In this document: positions 16,306 to 24,243 of the stretch, piece after piece
How positions within the stretch are numbered: position 1 is the stretch's first letter
How the letters are laid out: the number at the start of each line of letters is the position of its first letter
From: Candidatus Omnitrophota bacterium
GTDB taxonomy: Bacteria > Omnitrophota > Gorgyraeia > Duberdicusellales > 4484-171
Direction: 5' to 3'
DNA: 25,389 nt
Assembly: GCA_028702365.1 (NCBI GenBank)
Contig: JAQVOZ010000001.1
Coordinates: 1-25,389, forward strand
Translations under genes and position numbers: made by a program
Notes under the pieces: model-generated
The model's database searches: none
Told to the model about the DNA's origin: nothing
The model's input: the letters and a program-made list of their open reading frames with translations, nothing else

Positions 16306-16385
16306 GAGGATTCTGTAACCCGCACGGGCCATCGTAGGTTCTTTTATTTCGCCCGTTTAAACTGGCGACACCACTCTGCACTATT

Positions 16386-16420
16386 TGACCGCGGGCACGC
16401 CGAAGGCTTGCCCGCGGTCA
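16386..16420. repeat. GC-rich perfect hairpin (REP-like or terminator)
   Basis: TGACCGCGGGCA / TGCCCGCGGTCA 12-bp stem enclosing GCC-GAA-GGC. Confidence 0.65.
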
Positions 16421-16448
16421 TCCGGCAAAGCGACTAGAATCCAGGGGG

Positions 16449-17294
16449 TTACTCTTCCATGTATATTTTTACTAAATTTTCATAGTCCTCGATAGCCTGG
16501 CATGGTTTATCCAGGATAGAACAAACTGTCGGTTTAACTTCCCAATAGTTTTTTCCTTCTTCCGGTTTCCAGGAATTCTCTCCGTACATTTTGCGGTTAT
16601 ACACATCGTATAACGCTTTATAAAAACTTAAACGTCCATCTTCCCCCACTTTGGCTGATTTTATATTTATGAAACATTTGTTAAGCTTGTTATTGTAGTG
16701 ATTTTGAAACCCGGAGTTTTTGGGGTCAAATCCATTTTCTTTAAAAAATTCGCTGGCTGCCGAAAAACATTTGTTCTCAAAGTCCATGATTTCGCTTGCG
16801 GATTTAGATGCCACTTCACCAGAAAACCGCTGGTTATTAGGCAAAAATAATACAAAATAATACGCAACGGAAAGGCTCATAGTTATAAGGGCCAATAACA
16901 CCCCAATCTTAAACCAATTTTGTTTTATCCAGTTACTCATAATCAGGCCTCCTTTTATCGGGTTTATAGTAGGATATTTTACTTTTATTTTCCTGTTTAC
17001 CCACGGGATAAATCGGATAACAAGATACAGAAGATATAAAAACAATAGCAACAGGCCGAGCTTGTGCAACAATAAGGATTTTGCCGCATATGAACGCCCT
17101 GCATCTTTTGACTGCAAATTACTGCCATCCGGGATAGCCACGAAAAGCTTACCGGCTAAGAAACCTTTACTCGATTGGCTTGTTACAGCTATTGCTTTAT
17201 AATGCTGTGCTAGCGTTATCAGCAAAATACCAATTAAAAACACCAGGAATAGAACACTTTCTTTTGTTATGCTTTTTTTTATTTTGTAATTCAT
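16449..17294 (-). CDS. Membrane-anchored hypothetical protein; probable internal start at 16940
   Basis: Three hydrophobic segments; in-frame AAGGAGG-N7-ATG at 16940; C-terminal domain with 4 Cys. Confidence 0.65.
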   Translation of the reverse strand: MNYKIKKSITKESVLFLVFLIGILLITLAQHYKAIAVTSQSSKGFLAGKLFVAIPDGSNLQSKDAGRSYAAKSLLLHKLGLLLLFLYLLYLVIRFIPWVNRKIKVKYPTINPIKGGLIMSNWIKQNWFKIGVLLALITMSLSVAYYFVLFLPNNQRFSGEVASKSASEIMDFENKCFSAASEFFKENGFDPKNSGFQNHYNNKLNKCFINIKSAKVGEDGRLSFYKALYDVYNRKMYGENSWKPEEGKNYWEVKPTVCSILDKPCQAIEDYENLVKIYMEE

Positions 17295-17314
17295 AGTAAA
17301 CGGGGGATAAAAGA

Positions 17315-17689
17315 TTAGTTGTCAATTTTGGTAGTATCCGCAGGGCATTCTCTGCAAAGCGTTTTGCTTACATAATCATGTATTTTTTTACTATCAGCGG
17401 AATTGATTTTGAAGAATTTTAAGCCCACCACAAAAGGATAATAAGTATTATTTCTGTTATCCTGCCATACTACCTTTGCCTTGGCAGTAATTGGGCTTGC
17501 GTAATCCTCCAGTTTAAAATTCAAATCAAGGCACATGCCCAGATCAAACCGCTGGAGGGTAGAAAGGCGCATACCACCCTCAGAAACATCCTCGCACCTC
17601 GAAGACATACCCAAGTGGCTTCCTGAAAGTCTAAAGCGAATAATCGCTGACTTGCTTATTCGTGGATAATGGCGTTGTTCTATCATCAA
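17315..17689 (-). CDS. Single-domain PilZ protein (c-di-GMP receptor)
   Basis: QRHYPR (RxxxR) and DVSEGG (DxSxxG), AKVVW, VGLKF. Confidence 0.88.
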   Translation of the reverse strand: MMIEQRHYPRISKSAIIRFRLSGSHLGMSSRCEDVSEGGMRLSTLQRFDLGMCLDLNFKLEDYASPITAKAKVVWQDNRNNTYYPFVVGLKFFKINSADSKKIHDYVSKTLCRECPADTTKIDN

Positions 17690-17744
17690 TTTTTAATTTA
17701 TCATATCCATTTCTTATGTCAACTTATATAAAAATTGCTTGCTT

Positions 17745-18146
17745 CTATTTTTTCGTTTCCTGCTTTATGAATTGCATTCTGTAACCTAATCTAAATTTTT
17801 TTATTGCTTCAGCGATTTCCGCTTTCGGCTTATTTTTAAGTTTCATTGAGACTACATAAAAAGCGTGTGTCACCGGTATAGATAAATTTTTATCATCGTT
17901 ATAGAATTCATCGATCATTAAAGCAAGGGTTTCAGAGCCTGATCCGGAATATACCTCCCTTGCCTTATCTACCTGCATTATTGCTGCGCCTTCATAAATA
18001 CCCTGCAACAAAACCTGCCTCATTGTTCTGCCTTCTATGTATCTATTTAATAATTTCCAACTATTGCCGTCATAAGCAGTTTGCGCATAAGCACCTAAGT
18101 TTATCGTGATAAATAAACTGCATAAAAAAAATATATATTTTTTCAT
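17745..18146 (-). CDS. Exported helical hypothetical protein
   Basis: SD AAGGAGG; signal peptide ending AYA. Confidence 0.75.
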   Translation of the reverse strand: MKKYIFFLCSLFITINLGAYAQTAYDGNSWKLLNRYIEGRTMRQVLLQGIYEGAAIMQVDKAREVYSGSGSETLALMIDEFYNDDKNLSIPVTHAFYVVSMKLKNKPKAEIAEAIKKFRLGYRMQFIKQETKK

Positions 18147-18239
18147 TGCCCATCCTCCTTTAAAAACAGAGAAAAAAATTATAGTTTATCCAATCTTCCT
18201 GCTGGCTGGTATCTGCGTAAGCATCTATGCCTTAGAAAC

Positions 18240-18270
18240 AAAAAAGCGGCTCATTTATCTGAGCCGCTTT
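18240..18270 (-). terminator. Rho-independent terminator
   Basis: AAAGCGGCTCA / TGAGCCGCTTT 11-bp stem (18243-18253, 18260-18270) followed by a T-run on the minus strand. Confidence 0.75.
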
Positions 18271-18360
18271 AAAAGTCCAATACATATATATCCACATCTT
18301 TGATAATAATACTACCTGCAAGATTTTTTTCAACAAAAATGTGGATATACAGCAAAAAAA

Positions 18361-18774
18361 TCAGATTTTACTTTTCTCAATACCCTCCTTAAAGAGATGA
18401 TGCGGGTTATTTCCTTTAAGCCATTCAACAGGAATCCAACCGGACATGCCTTTGTAAAATCCCGAGGTCACTACGACATGCGCTCTGCCTTTAAAAATTT
18501 CTTCATCAAGCACAAGCACCTTTGTGTCTTTCGTAACTCTCAATACATCATAAGACTCAAGCATTGCCATGAATGCAGTTTTATCCCGCATTCTATATGC
18601 GTATATAAGATCATCAGCCGTTTTCTCATTAAGGGCAACGCCCAATCTTTGCCATGAATATGGCCCATGTATTGCAAGCTCCCTTCCAATTAACTCTTGA
18701 TATTCGGCAAAAGTTTGATACGGCGCAAAACAAGAAAATACCAAAAATAACGCTACGAATATTGCTATCTTCAT
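18361..18774 (-). CDS. Exported hypothetical protein with SH3-like C-terminus
   Basis: SD GGGGAGG before ATG 18774; signal peptide; TKVLVLDE...GWIPVEWL. Confidence 0.7.
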   Translation of the reverse strand: MKIAIFVALFLVFSCFAPYQTFAEYQELIGRELAIHGPYSWQRLGVALNEKTADDLIYAYRMRDKTAFMAMLESYDVLRVTKDTKVLVLDEEIFKGRAHVVVTSGFYKGMSGWIPVEWLKGNNPHHLFKEGIEKSKI

Positions 18775-18853
18775 ATGCACCTCCCCCCTTTTTAATAACT
18801 ACTTAGAAAATAACATATAATAGAGATTAAAACAAATTAGCAATGGGTAATAA

Positions 18854-18867
18854 TGAAAACGTTTTCA
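18854..18867. promoter_or_regulatory. Perfect palindrome resembling a LacI-family/cre operator
   Basis: TGAAAACGTTTTCA, in the intergenic region upstream of the 18774 gene. Confidence 0.45.
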
Positions 18868-18924
18868 AGGGATAAACTGTTTATTGCGTAAGTTTCTTAA
18901 AAATAGCAGATAAACTAACGGGGA

Positions 18925-19332
18925 TTAATTTTCCTTATAAGCGGTTATTTCTCCATTTTCTGTATCCCAGCGGATAATATGCCATGATTTTTCACCTTCT
19001 GCAGGAAAAATTTCAATCTGGGCAGTATATAAAGGAAACATCATGGCTAGTTCTTTCGCAAAAGAAAAGCTTGTTTTTTTAATTTCATTAAATGTTTCGC
19101 TTTTTCCGTTTGAATCCATTCTTATAGAAATATGCCCATCACTGCATTCGCCGTATATTTTGATAAAATACTCTCCCCATTTCGCTGCTGCCGCTTCTAA
19201 AAACGGGGTAATATTCCTATCGCAATACCCGGTTTCTACCACTGTATCGCCTATTGTTTTTTCTGCCTCACAGGTAAAAGCTCCGGAAACAAATGCAATA
19301 ATTGCTAAAACAGGAATAATTACGTTCTTCAT
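18925..19332 (-). CDS. Exported hypothetical protein
   Basis: MKNVIIPVLAIIAFVSGAFTCEA signal-like leader from ATG 19332 (the ORF track extends to 19371). Confidence 0.65.
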   Translation of the reverse strand: MKNVIIPVLAIIAFVSGAFTCEAEKTIGDTVVETGYCDRNITPFLEAAAAKWGEYFIKIYGECSDGHISIRMDSNGKSETFNEIKKTSFSFAKELAMMFPLYTAQIEIFPAEGEKSWHIIRWDTENGEITAYKEN

Positions 19333-19387
19333 AATTAGTTTTATTTTAAAGCAATATAGCGAAAAAGGCAATGTTTTTTAATCACGC

Positions 19388-19717
19388 TTACCATTTATGA
19401 AAAATAAAAATAGCTGCAAGGATTATCATCAGAAAACCCAGAATATAATTCCATTTTAATCCTTCCTTAAGATACACTACGGAAAAAATGGAAAACACAA
19501 CGAGCGTGATGACTTCCTGAATGGTTTTTAACTGTGCTGCTGAATATTGGTAATGCCCGATACGGTTCGCGGGCACCTGGAAGCAATATTCAACAAATGC
19601 TATAAGCCAACTCGCAAATATGGCAATCCATAAGGGTGAATTTTTATATTTAAGATGCCCATACCAGGCAAAAGTCATAAAGATATTTGACACGAGTAAA
19701 AGCGCAACGGTTTTCAT
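19388..19717 (-). CDS. DMT-superfamily small membrane protein (DUF486/DMT_6)
   Basis: SNIFMTFAWYGHLK, SWLIAFVEYCFQVPANRIG, QLKTIQEVITL. Confidence 0.92.
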   Translation of the reverse strand: MKTVALLLVSNIFMTFAWYGHLKYKNSPLWIAIFASWLIAFVEYCFQVPANRIGHYQYSAAQLKTIQEVITLVVFSIFSVVYLKEGLKWNYILGFLMIILAAIFIFHKW

Positions 19718-19731
19718 ATAAAATCCCTATC

Positions 19732-19774
19732 AAAGAAAATGCTGACGCGAGCAAAGCCTGCGTCAGCATTCTTT
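19732..19774 (-). terminator. Rho-independent terminator after the OmpA-LysM gene
   Basis: AATGCTGACGC (19738-19748) / GCGTCAGCATT (19760-19770), followed by TTCTTT on the minus strand. Confidence 0.75.
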
Positions 19775-19794
19775 ATTTCTTTTTCCAAATTCTT

Positions 19795-20796
19795 TTATTC
19801 TACAGGTATCAGAATCTTACGGCCCGCTCGGAGACGGTTGGGGTTTTTAATAACGCTTTTGTTAAGTTCGTAAATGTATTTCCAGCGGTGCCCTTTGCCC
19901 AACTCATGTTCTGCTATTTTCCAAAGCGTATCGCCTTTTTTTATCGTATACTCTCTGGTTGAAACTTTAACTTCGCTTTCAACCGGTTCCTCAAGTTCTT
20001 CGACAAATTTTCCTTCCTCAAGTTGAGTTGCATCGGCAGGGATACCTTCTCCATTATAAGGAATCATGACCTCTTCTACTTCGGCAATCATAAATTGCGC
20101 ATTCCTGTCTTTTTGCATCCCGGGGAGGTCTGTTACCGGGCTAACTGCATCAAGTTTTCCTCTGCTTACTATCTTAATACGGTCTTGCGGTATGCCATTT
20201 TCAATCATAAAATTTTTGACTGCATCTGCACGCTTGCCGCCAAGCTTCAAATTGTACTTTTCCGAACCGCGCGTATCGCAGTTACCGGTTATTAAGATAT
20301 TCGTTTGCGGATTCTTGTTTAAAGTCCTTACAGCCGCTTCCAGTATGGCTATAGCATCATCTCGTAAGGTGGCGCTATCGAAATTGAAATAAACTTTTAC
20401 ATTTTTGACTATTTTCTTAATAAGAAGCGATGGCCTTTTTTCCTGCGCCTGTGGTGGAGGGAGTTCTTCCGCTTTATAATCAAAAATTATCTTATAAACA
20501 TAAACATAGCCTCTGTTTCCCCAAGGTGAAGCTTGCCCGGGGCTGGTTGGCCACCACCAATAGCCTCCTGCCTTCTCATCTTTTACCGGGTTAGGTTTTG
20601 CATCCGTTGGCCACCAGGTAAATTTTTCCTGAAGGCGTTTTAAATCTTCGCTTTTTCTCTCTTCGTTGGTCCCCGCAAAAACCGGATTTATAAAAATTGT
20701 AAGAACCAAGATTGCCGAAAATAAACTAGACACGCTAAAACTATTGATAAGTAAACTTAGCGGACGAAAATCGGAAAAAGTTTGTTTTTTATACAT
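19795..20796 (-). CDS. OmpA/Pal-like peptidoglycan-binding domain + C-terminal LysM protein
   Basis: VYFNFDSATL, ITGNCDTRGSEKYNLKLGGKRADAVK, VSRGK, DRNAQF; YTIKKGDTLWKIA...NPNRLRAGRKILIP. Confidence 0.92.
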   Translation of the reverse strand: MYKKQTFSDFRPLSLLINSFSVSSLFSAILVLTIFINPVFAGTNEERKSEDLKRLQEKFTWWPTDAKPNPVKDEKAGGYWWWPTSPGQASPWGNRGYVYVYKIIFDYKAEELPPPQAQEKRPSLLIKKIVKNVKVYFNFDSATLRDDAIAILEAAVRTLNKNPQTNILITGNCDTRGSEKYNLKLGGKRADAVKNFMIENGIPQDRIKIVSRGKLDAVSPVTDLPGMQKDRNAQFMIAEVEEVMIPYNGEGIPADATQLEEGKFVEELEEPVESEVKVSTREYTIKKGDTLWKIAEHELGKGHRWKYIYELNKSVIKNPNRLRAGRKILIPVE

Positions 20797-20798
20797 AA

Positions 20799-21218
20799 TT
20801 ATTCAGAATATTTCTGCAGTTTTGCCCAAGTTTGCCTGCCCACTATTCCATCTGGTTTTAAACCGTTCGCTTTTTGAAATTCCTTAATTGCTTCTTTTGT
20901 TTTTCTGCCTATCTTGCCATCTATTGCGCCGGAATAAAATCCTGCATTTTTCAGGGTTGTTTGAATACTTTTTGGCGTGACTTTTGAAATATCCACTTCC
21001 TGCGCATTTACTATTTCTTCTGATTCTGGCACTTTCATTTTGGATAATCTTTCTTCCAAATCGCGGATTTCTTCGTCTTTGCTCTGCAATTGTTTTTCAA
21101 GATCAGAAACTTTCGACTGAAGCTCTTCTGCTTCACTGCCTGCAGCAGTTTTATTTGTTGTTGCACATCCTGCCAAAGCGAAAATAATTATTGCGGTTAA
21201 TAAAATTTTGGGAAACAT
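20799..21218 (-). CDS. Lipoprotein with coiled coil and PG_binding_1 domain
   Basis: SD AAGGAGG before ATG 21218; lipobox LAGC; IQTTLKNAGFYSGAIDGKIGRKTKEAIKEFQKANGLKPDGIVG. Confidence 0.88.
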   Translation of the reverse strand: MFPKILLTAIIIFALAGCATTNKTAAGSEAEELQSKVSDLEKQLQSKDEEIRDLEERLSKMKVPESEEIVNAQEVDISKVTPKSIQTTLKNAGFYSGAIDGKIGRKTKEAIKEFQKANGLKPDGIVGRQTWAKLQKYSE

Positions 21219-21251
21219 CAAACACCTCCTTAATGAGCCCCGCACTTTTCC

Positions 21252-21355
21252 AGACTTCCTGTCTAAAAAAGTGTGTAGTCGAATCCCCTCTCTCAGCGAT
21301 TGAATAAATGAGTAGGATAATGACTTAAAACGCTTTAGGCTTCCTGCCTAAAAAA
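21252..21355 (-). promoter_or_regulatory. Twin CAGGAAG-loop hairpins (CsrA/RsmA-type binding sites)
   Basis: Minus-strand TTTTTTAGACAGGAAGTCT (21270-21252) and TTTTTTAGGCAGGAAGCCT (21355-21337); they differ only by a compensatory stem pair. Confidence 0.55.
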
Positions 21356-21356
21356 A

Positions 21357-21809
21357 TTACTGAAGATTACCAGTCGTTGCAGACGGCATTTGTTCTGCGT
21401 TAGTCAAATAACTTTTAAGTTTTTCCCAGGTTTTTGGCCCAACCTTGCCATCGACAGTTAAACCGTTTTTTGATTGAAATTCTTCAATGGCTTTTTTTGT
21501 CTTCGGGCCTATTTTACCATCAACAGTTCCCGCATATAGCCCTGCATTTTTTAATGCTTTCTGAATATCTTCCGGGGTCGGCTTCTCTGGGATAGCTACT
21601 GTTTGAACGGGTATCTGCGGCGTTAAGGCTTCCTTCGCGGCGCCTTCAGCAGTTGTAGCTTGCGTTACAGCTGGTTGCGTTTCCAATGCGCTGCCGCCTT
21701 CCGGCATAATCATTTCAGATTCCATTTCTGTCTGCGGTTTTTCTGCTTTCTTAGCGCAGGAAATAGAAAATATCAACACAAATACCATCAAAAATACGAT
21801 TTTTTTCAT
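21357..21809 (-). CDS. Lipoprotein with PG_binding_1 domain
   Basis: SD GGAGGAG before ATG 21809 (MKKIVFLM...SISC lipobox); IQKALKNAGLYAGTVDGKIGPKTKKAIEEFQSKNGLTVDGKVG. Confidence 0.88.
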   Translation of the reverse strand: MKKIVFLMVFVLIFSISCAKKAEKPQTEMESEMIMPEGGSALETQPAVTQATTAEGAAKEALTPQIPVQTVAIPEKPTPEDIQKALKNAGLYAGTVDGKIGPKTKKAIEEFQSKNGLTVDGKVGPKTWEKLKSYLTNAEQMPSATTGNLQ

Positions 21810-22127
21810 TTTCTCCTCCTTTTGGTTGTTAAAATACTTTTCGCTGACAGCTTTCTTAGATTTCATCCTTATATCCCCTCATGTTTACAACTAAACCTCA
21901 AAATTATTATAAATTAAGGAGCTTCTGACATATTAAAATTGTGTTTATCTGCTGGCATTAAAAAATGTTCAACCGAATTAGTTGAGGAATACATTTGAAG
22001 ATTTTTTTGATTTACTTTATTTTTTTCGTCTTCCGCGCAATAAGTCAATTTAGTTAAACAAAAACGGGTTTTCATCATTACATCAAAATAACCAAGAAGT
22101 TATATAAATCAAAATTTTACAGAAAAT

Positions 22128-23264
22128 TTATAGATTGTCAAGGTTTTTAGCATATGTGCGGTATGCCGTTTTTATCTCGGAAAGTGTGTCACCGCCAAAC
22201 TTCTCAAGAAAACTTTCCGCTACCGCTACAGCAGCCATATTTTCGGCAATAATCGCGCAAGCGGCTATTGCGCAGGTATCCGAACGGATAACTATGGCTT
22301 TTTCAGCTTTCTTGCTGATTAAATTTACCGAATTAAGCGGTCTTCTCAATGTGGCTATGGGTTTCATAGCTATCCTTAAAACAATTGCCTCCCCCGTTGA
22401 GATCCCGCCCTCTATGCCTCCGGAATTATTTGTATTTCTGTAGAAACCTTTTGTTTTGGAATAATAAATTTCATCGTGCGAAAGGCTGCCGCGGGATTTA
22501 GCATATTGAAACCCGAGGCCAACCTCAACTGCCTTAACCGCCGGGATACTCATAAGATAACATGCAAGTTTTGCATCCAGCCGTCTGTCAAAATGCATAA
22601 AAGTGCCAAGGCCCGGCGGAACACCCTCTATCCGAATTTCTGCAATACCACCCAGGCTGTCTTTTTCTGCTTCAGCTTTTTTAATCTCACTAATCATCAA
22701 TTTTTCTTTCTTTTGATCGATACAATTTAGCTGCGAAGATTTTATTTTTGTTTTTATATCGGAGATACTTTTCGGCTTTACGTCTGAAACGACATTGCCT
22801 ACCGCTACCGTAAAGCTTGCAATATCTATATCAAAGTTTAGAAGAAATTGTTTGAAGATAGCCCCCGCGCATACTCTGGAGACGGTTTCCCGCGCAGAAG
22901 CTCTTTCAAGAATATTTCTGACATCGGCATCGTTATATTTAAGGGCTCCGGATAAATCCGCATGGGCGGGCCTTGGTATAGGAAGAGACGGCAGCTCATC
23001 TTTATTTTGGGAAAATATTTTTACATCTTTATTTTTAACCAGTATTGTTATAGGGCTGCCAAGAGTAATTTTATTACGTAATCCCGATACGATTTCTGCT
23101 TTATCATCTTCAATTGACATTCTCTTTCCGCGGCCGGCGCCAGACATCCGCCTTTTTAATTCCTGATTTATAAAATCCTGCTCGATGCGCACGCCCCTAG
23201 GAAACCCCTCTATAATTGTAGTTAAACATTCTCCGTGCGATTCTCCTGCAGTTAATATTCTCAT
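22128..23264 (-). CDS. aroC: Chorismate synthase
   Basis: TAGESHG, PRPAHADL, ERASARET, SGGIEGG, MKPIATL, RSDTC; SD AAGGAGG. Confidence 0.97.
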   Translation of the reverse strand: MRILTAGESHGECLTTIIEGFPRGVRIEQDFINQELKRRMSGAGRGKRMSIEDDKAEIVSGLRNKITLGSPITILVKNKDVKIFSQNKDELPSLPIPRPAHADLSGALKYNDADVRNILERASARETVSRVCAGAIFKQFLLNFDIDIASFTVAVGNVVSDVKPKSISDIKTKIKSSQLNCIDQKKEKLMISEIKKAEAEKDSLGGIAEIRIEGVPPGLGTFMHFDRRLDAKLACYLMSIPAVKAVEVGLGFQYAKSRGSLSHDEIYYSKTKGFYRNTNNSGGIEGGISTGEAIVLRIAMKPIATLRRPLNSVNLISKKAEKAIVIRSDTCAIAACAIIAENMAAVAVAESFLEKFGGDTLSEIKTAYRTYAKNLDNL

Positions 23265-23276
23265 TTATACCTCCTT

Positions 23277-23381
23277 AATTTTTCGACGAAGTCGAAAAAT
23301 TACCCCCGAAGCGCTTCGTGTAAATTTTCTGCGAGTAAAACGAGCTTGAAAATTTACACGATATACACGCGCGAGGGGGTA
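23277..23381. repeat. Nested palindromic intergenic element (REP/MITE-like) directly before the aroC SD
   Basis: AATTTTTCGAC-GAA-GTCGAAAAATT (23277-23301); TCGTGTAAATTTTC / GAAAATTTACACGA 14-bp IR (23316-23329, 23348-23361); TACCCCC / GGGGGTA outer IR. Confidence 0.7.
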
Positions 23382-23406
23382 TGCTAATATTTTAATTACC
23401 ATTATT

Positions 23407-24243
23407 CTAGAAAATAATACCAATAAACCTGACTATATGATTTCCCCAAAAAAACATCGCCACAGATGCAAGCGATAGATACGGCAAATAGGGTATAAGG
23501 TGCGATTTTTTAAAAACCATTGCTACCACGGAATAGGCAAGCGCAAAAAATGGTGCAAGGAAAAATACAAAAACAACCGCTTTCATTCCAAGGAAAACTC
23601 CAACAACGCCCATAAAATCAACGTCGCCAAGGCCTAAAGATTCTTTCTCTCCATCTATTGATTCTTTTTTACGTAGCGCAAGGTATATGCTGATAAAGAT
23701 ATCACCGAATAATTTAAAAAGGTAAGTAAAGCCTAGGCCGAAAAGCAACGCTCTAAGGGACTTAAGTATTGGCAGGAGTTTCAAGTCCAAATGCATTGCG
23801 CCTGCATTAAGGCAATGGATTGTTGCCCTTATGTCAAAAATTAATCCAACCGCGATTGCCAAGAAACATAAGTATGCAGGTATAGCGTGATAGTCTATAT
23901 CGATAAAAGAAACAACTATAAGAAAACAGAAAAAGAAAATATATTTTGCCAGATTCCAGGAAGGGCCGAAATGCGAGTAAAGGACAAGAAAAATTATGGC
24001 AGTAAGGAGCTCCACAAAAGGATATCGTAAAGAAATTTTAGCGCTGCAGGCGCGGCATTTTCCTCTTAATATAAAATAACTTAATATTGGAATATTATCG
24101 TACCAGCGTATGGGGCCCTTACAATGCGGGCAAAAAGAACGCGGCCCGACAATTGACATATCTTTTGGAAGCCTGTAAATACAGACATTCAGGAAACTAC
24201 CTATGCAACTGCCCAATATAAACACAATTATTTTTTCTAACAT
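23407..24243 (-). CDS. pilD: Type IV prepilin peptidase/N-methyltransferase
   Basis: GSFLNVCIYRLP, CPHC and CRAC Zn motifs, FIDIDY, GLGD, IPYLPYL. Confidence 0.93.
   Translation of the reverse strand: MLEKIIVFILGSCIGSFLNVCIYRLPKDMSIVGPRSFCPHCKGPIRWYDNIPILSYFILRGKCRACSAKISLRYPFVELLTAIIFLVLYSHFGPSWNLAKYIFFFCFLIVVSFIDIDYHAIPAYLCFLAIAVGLIFDIRATIHCLNAGAMHLDLKLLPILKSLRALLFGLGFTYLFKLFGDIFISIYLALRKKESIDGEKESLGLGDVDFMGVVGVFLGMKAVVFVFFLAPFFALAYSVVAMVFKKSHLIPYLPYLSLASVAMFFWGNHIVRFIGIIF

Noticed and set aside
16449-19371. Integron cassette array
   Set aside because: No attC-like RYYYAAC...GTTRRRY structures recognised and no integrase in the window.
21278-21300. Vestigial tRNA-Ser 3' fragment (GTCGAATCCCCTCTCTCAGC)
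   Set aside because: Short imperfect resemblance, no cloverleaf and no second copy.
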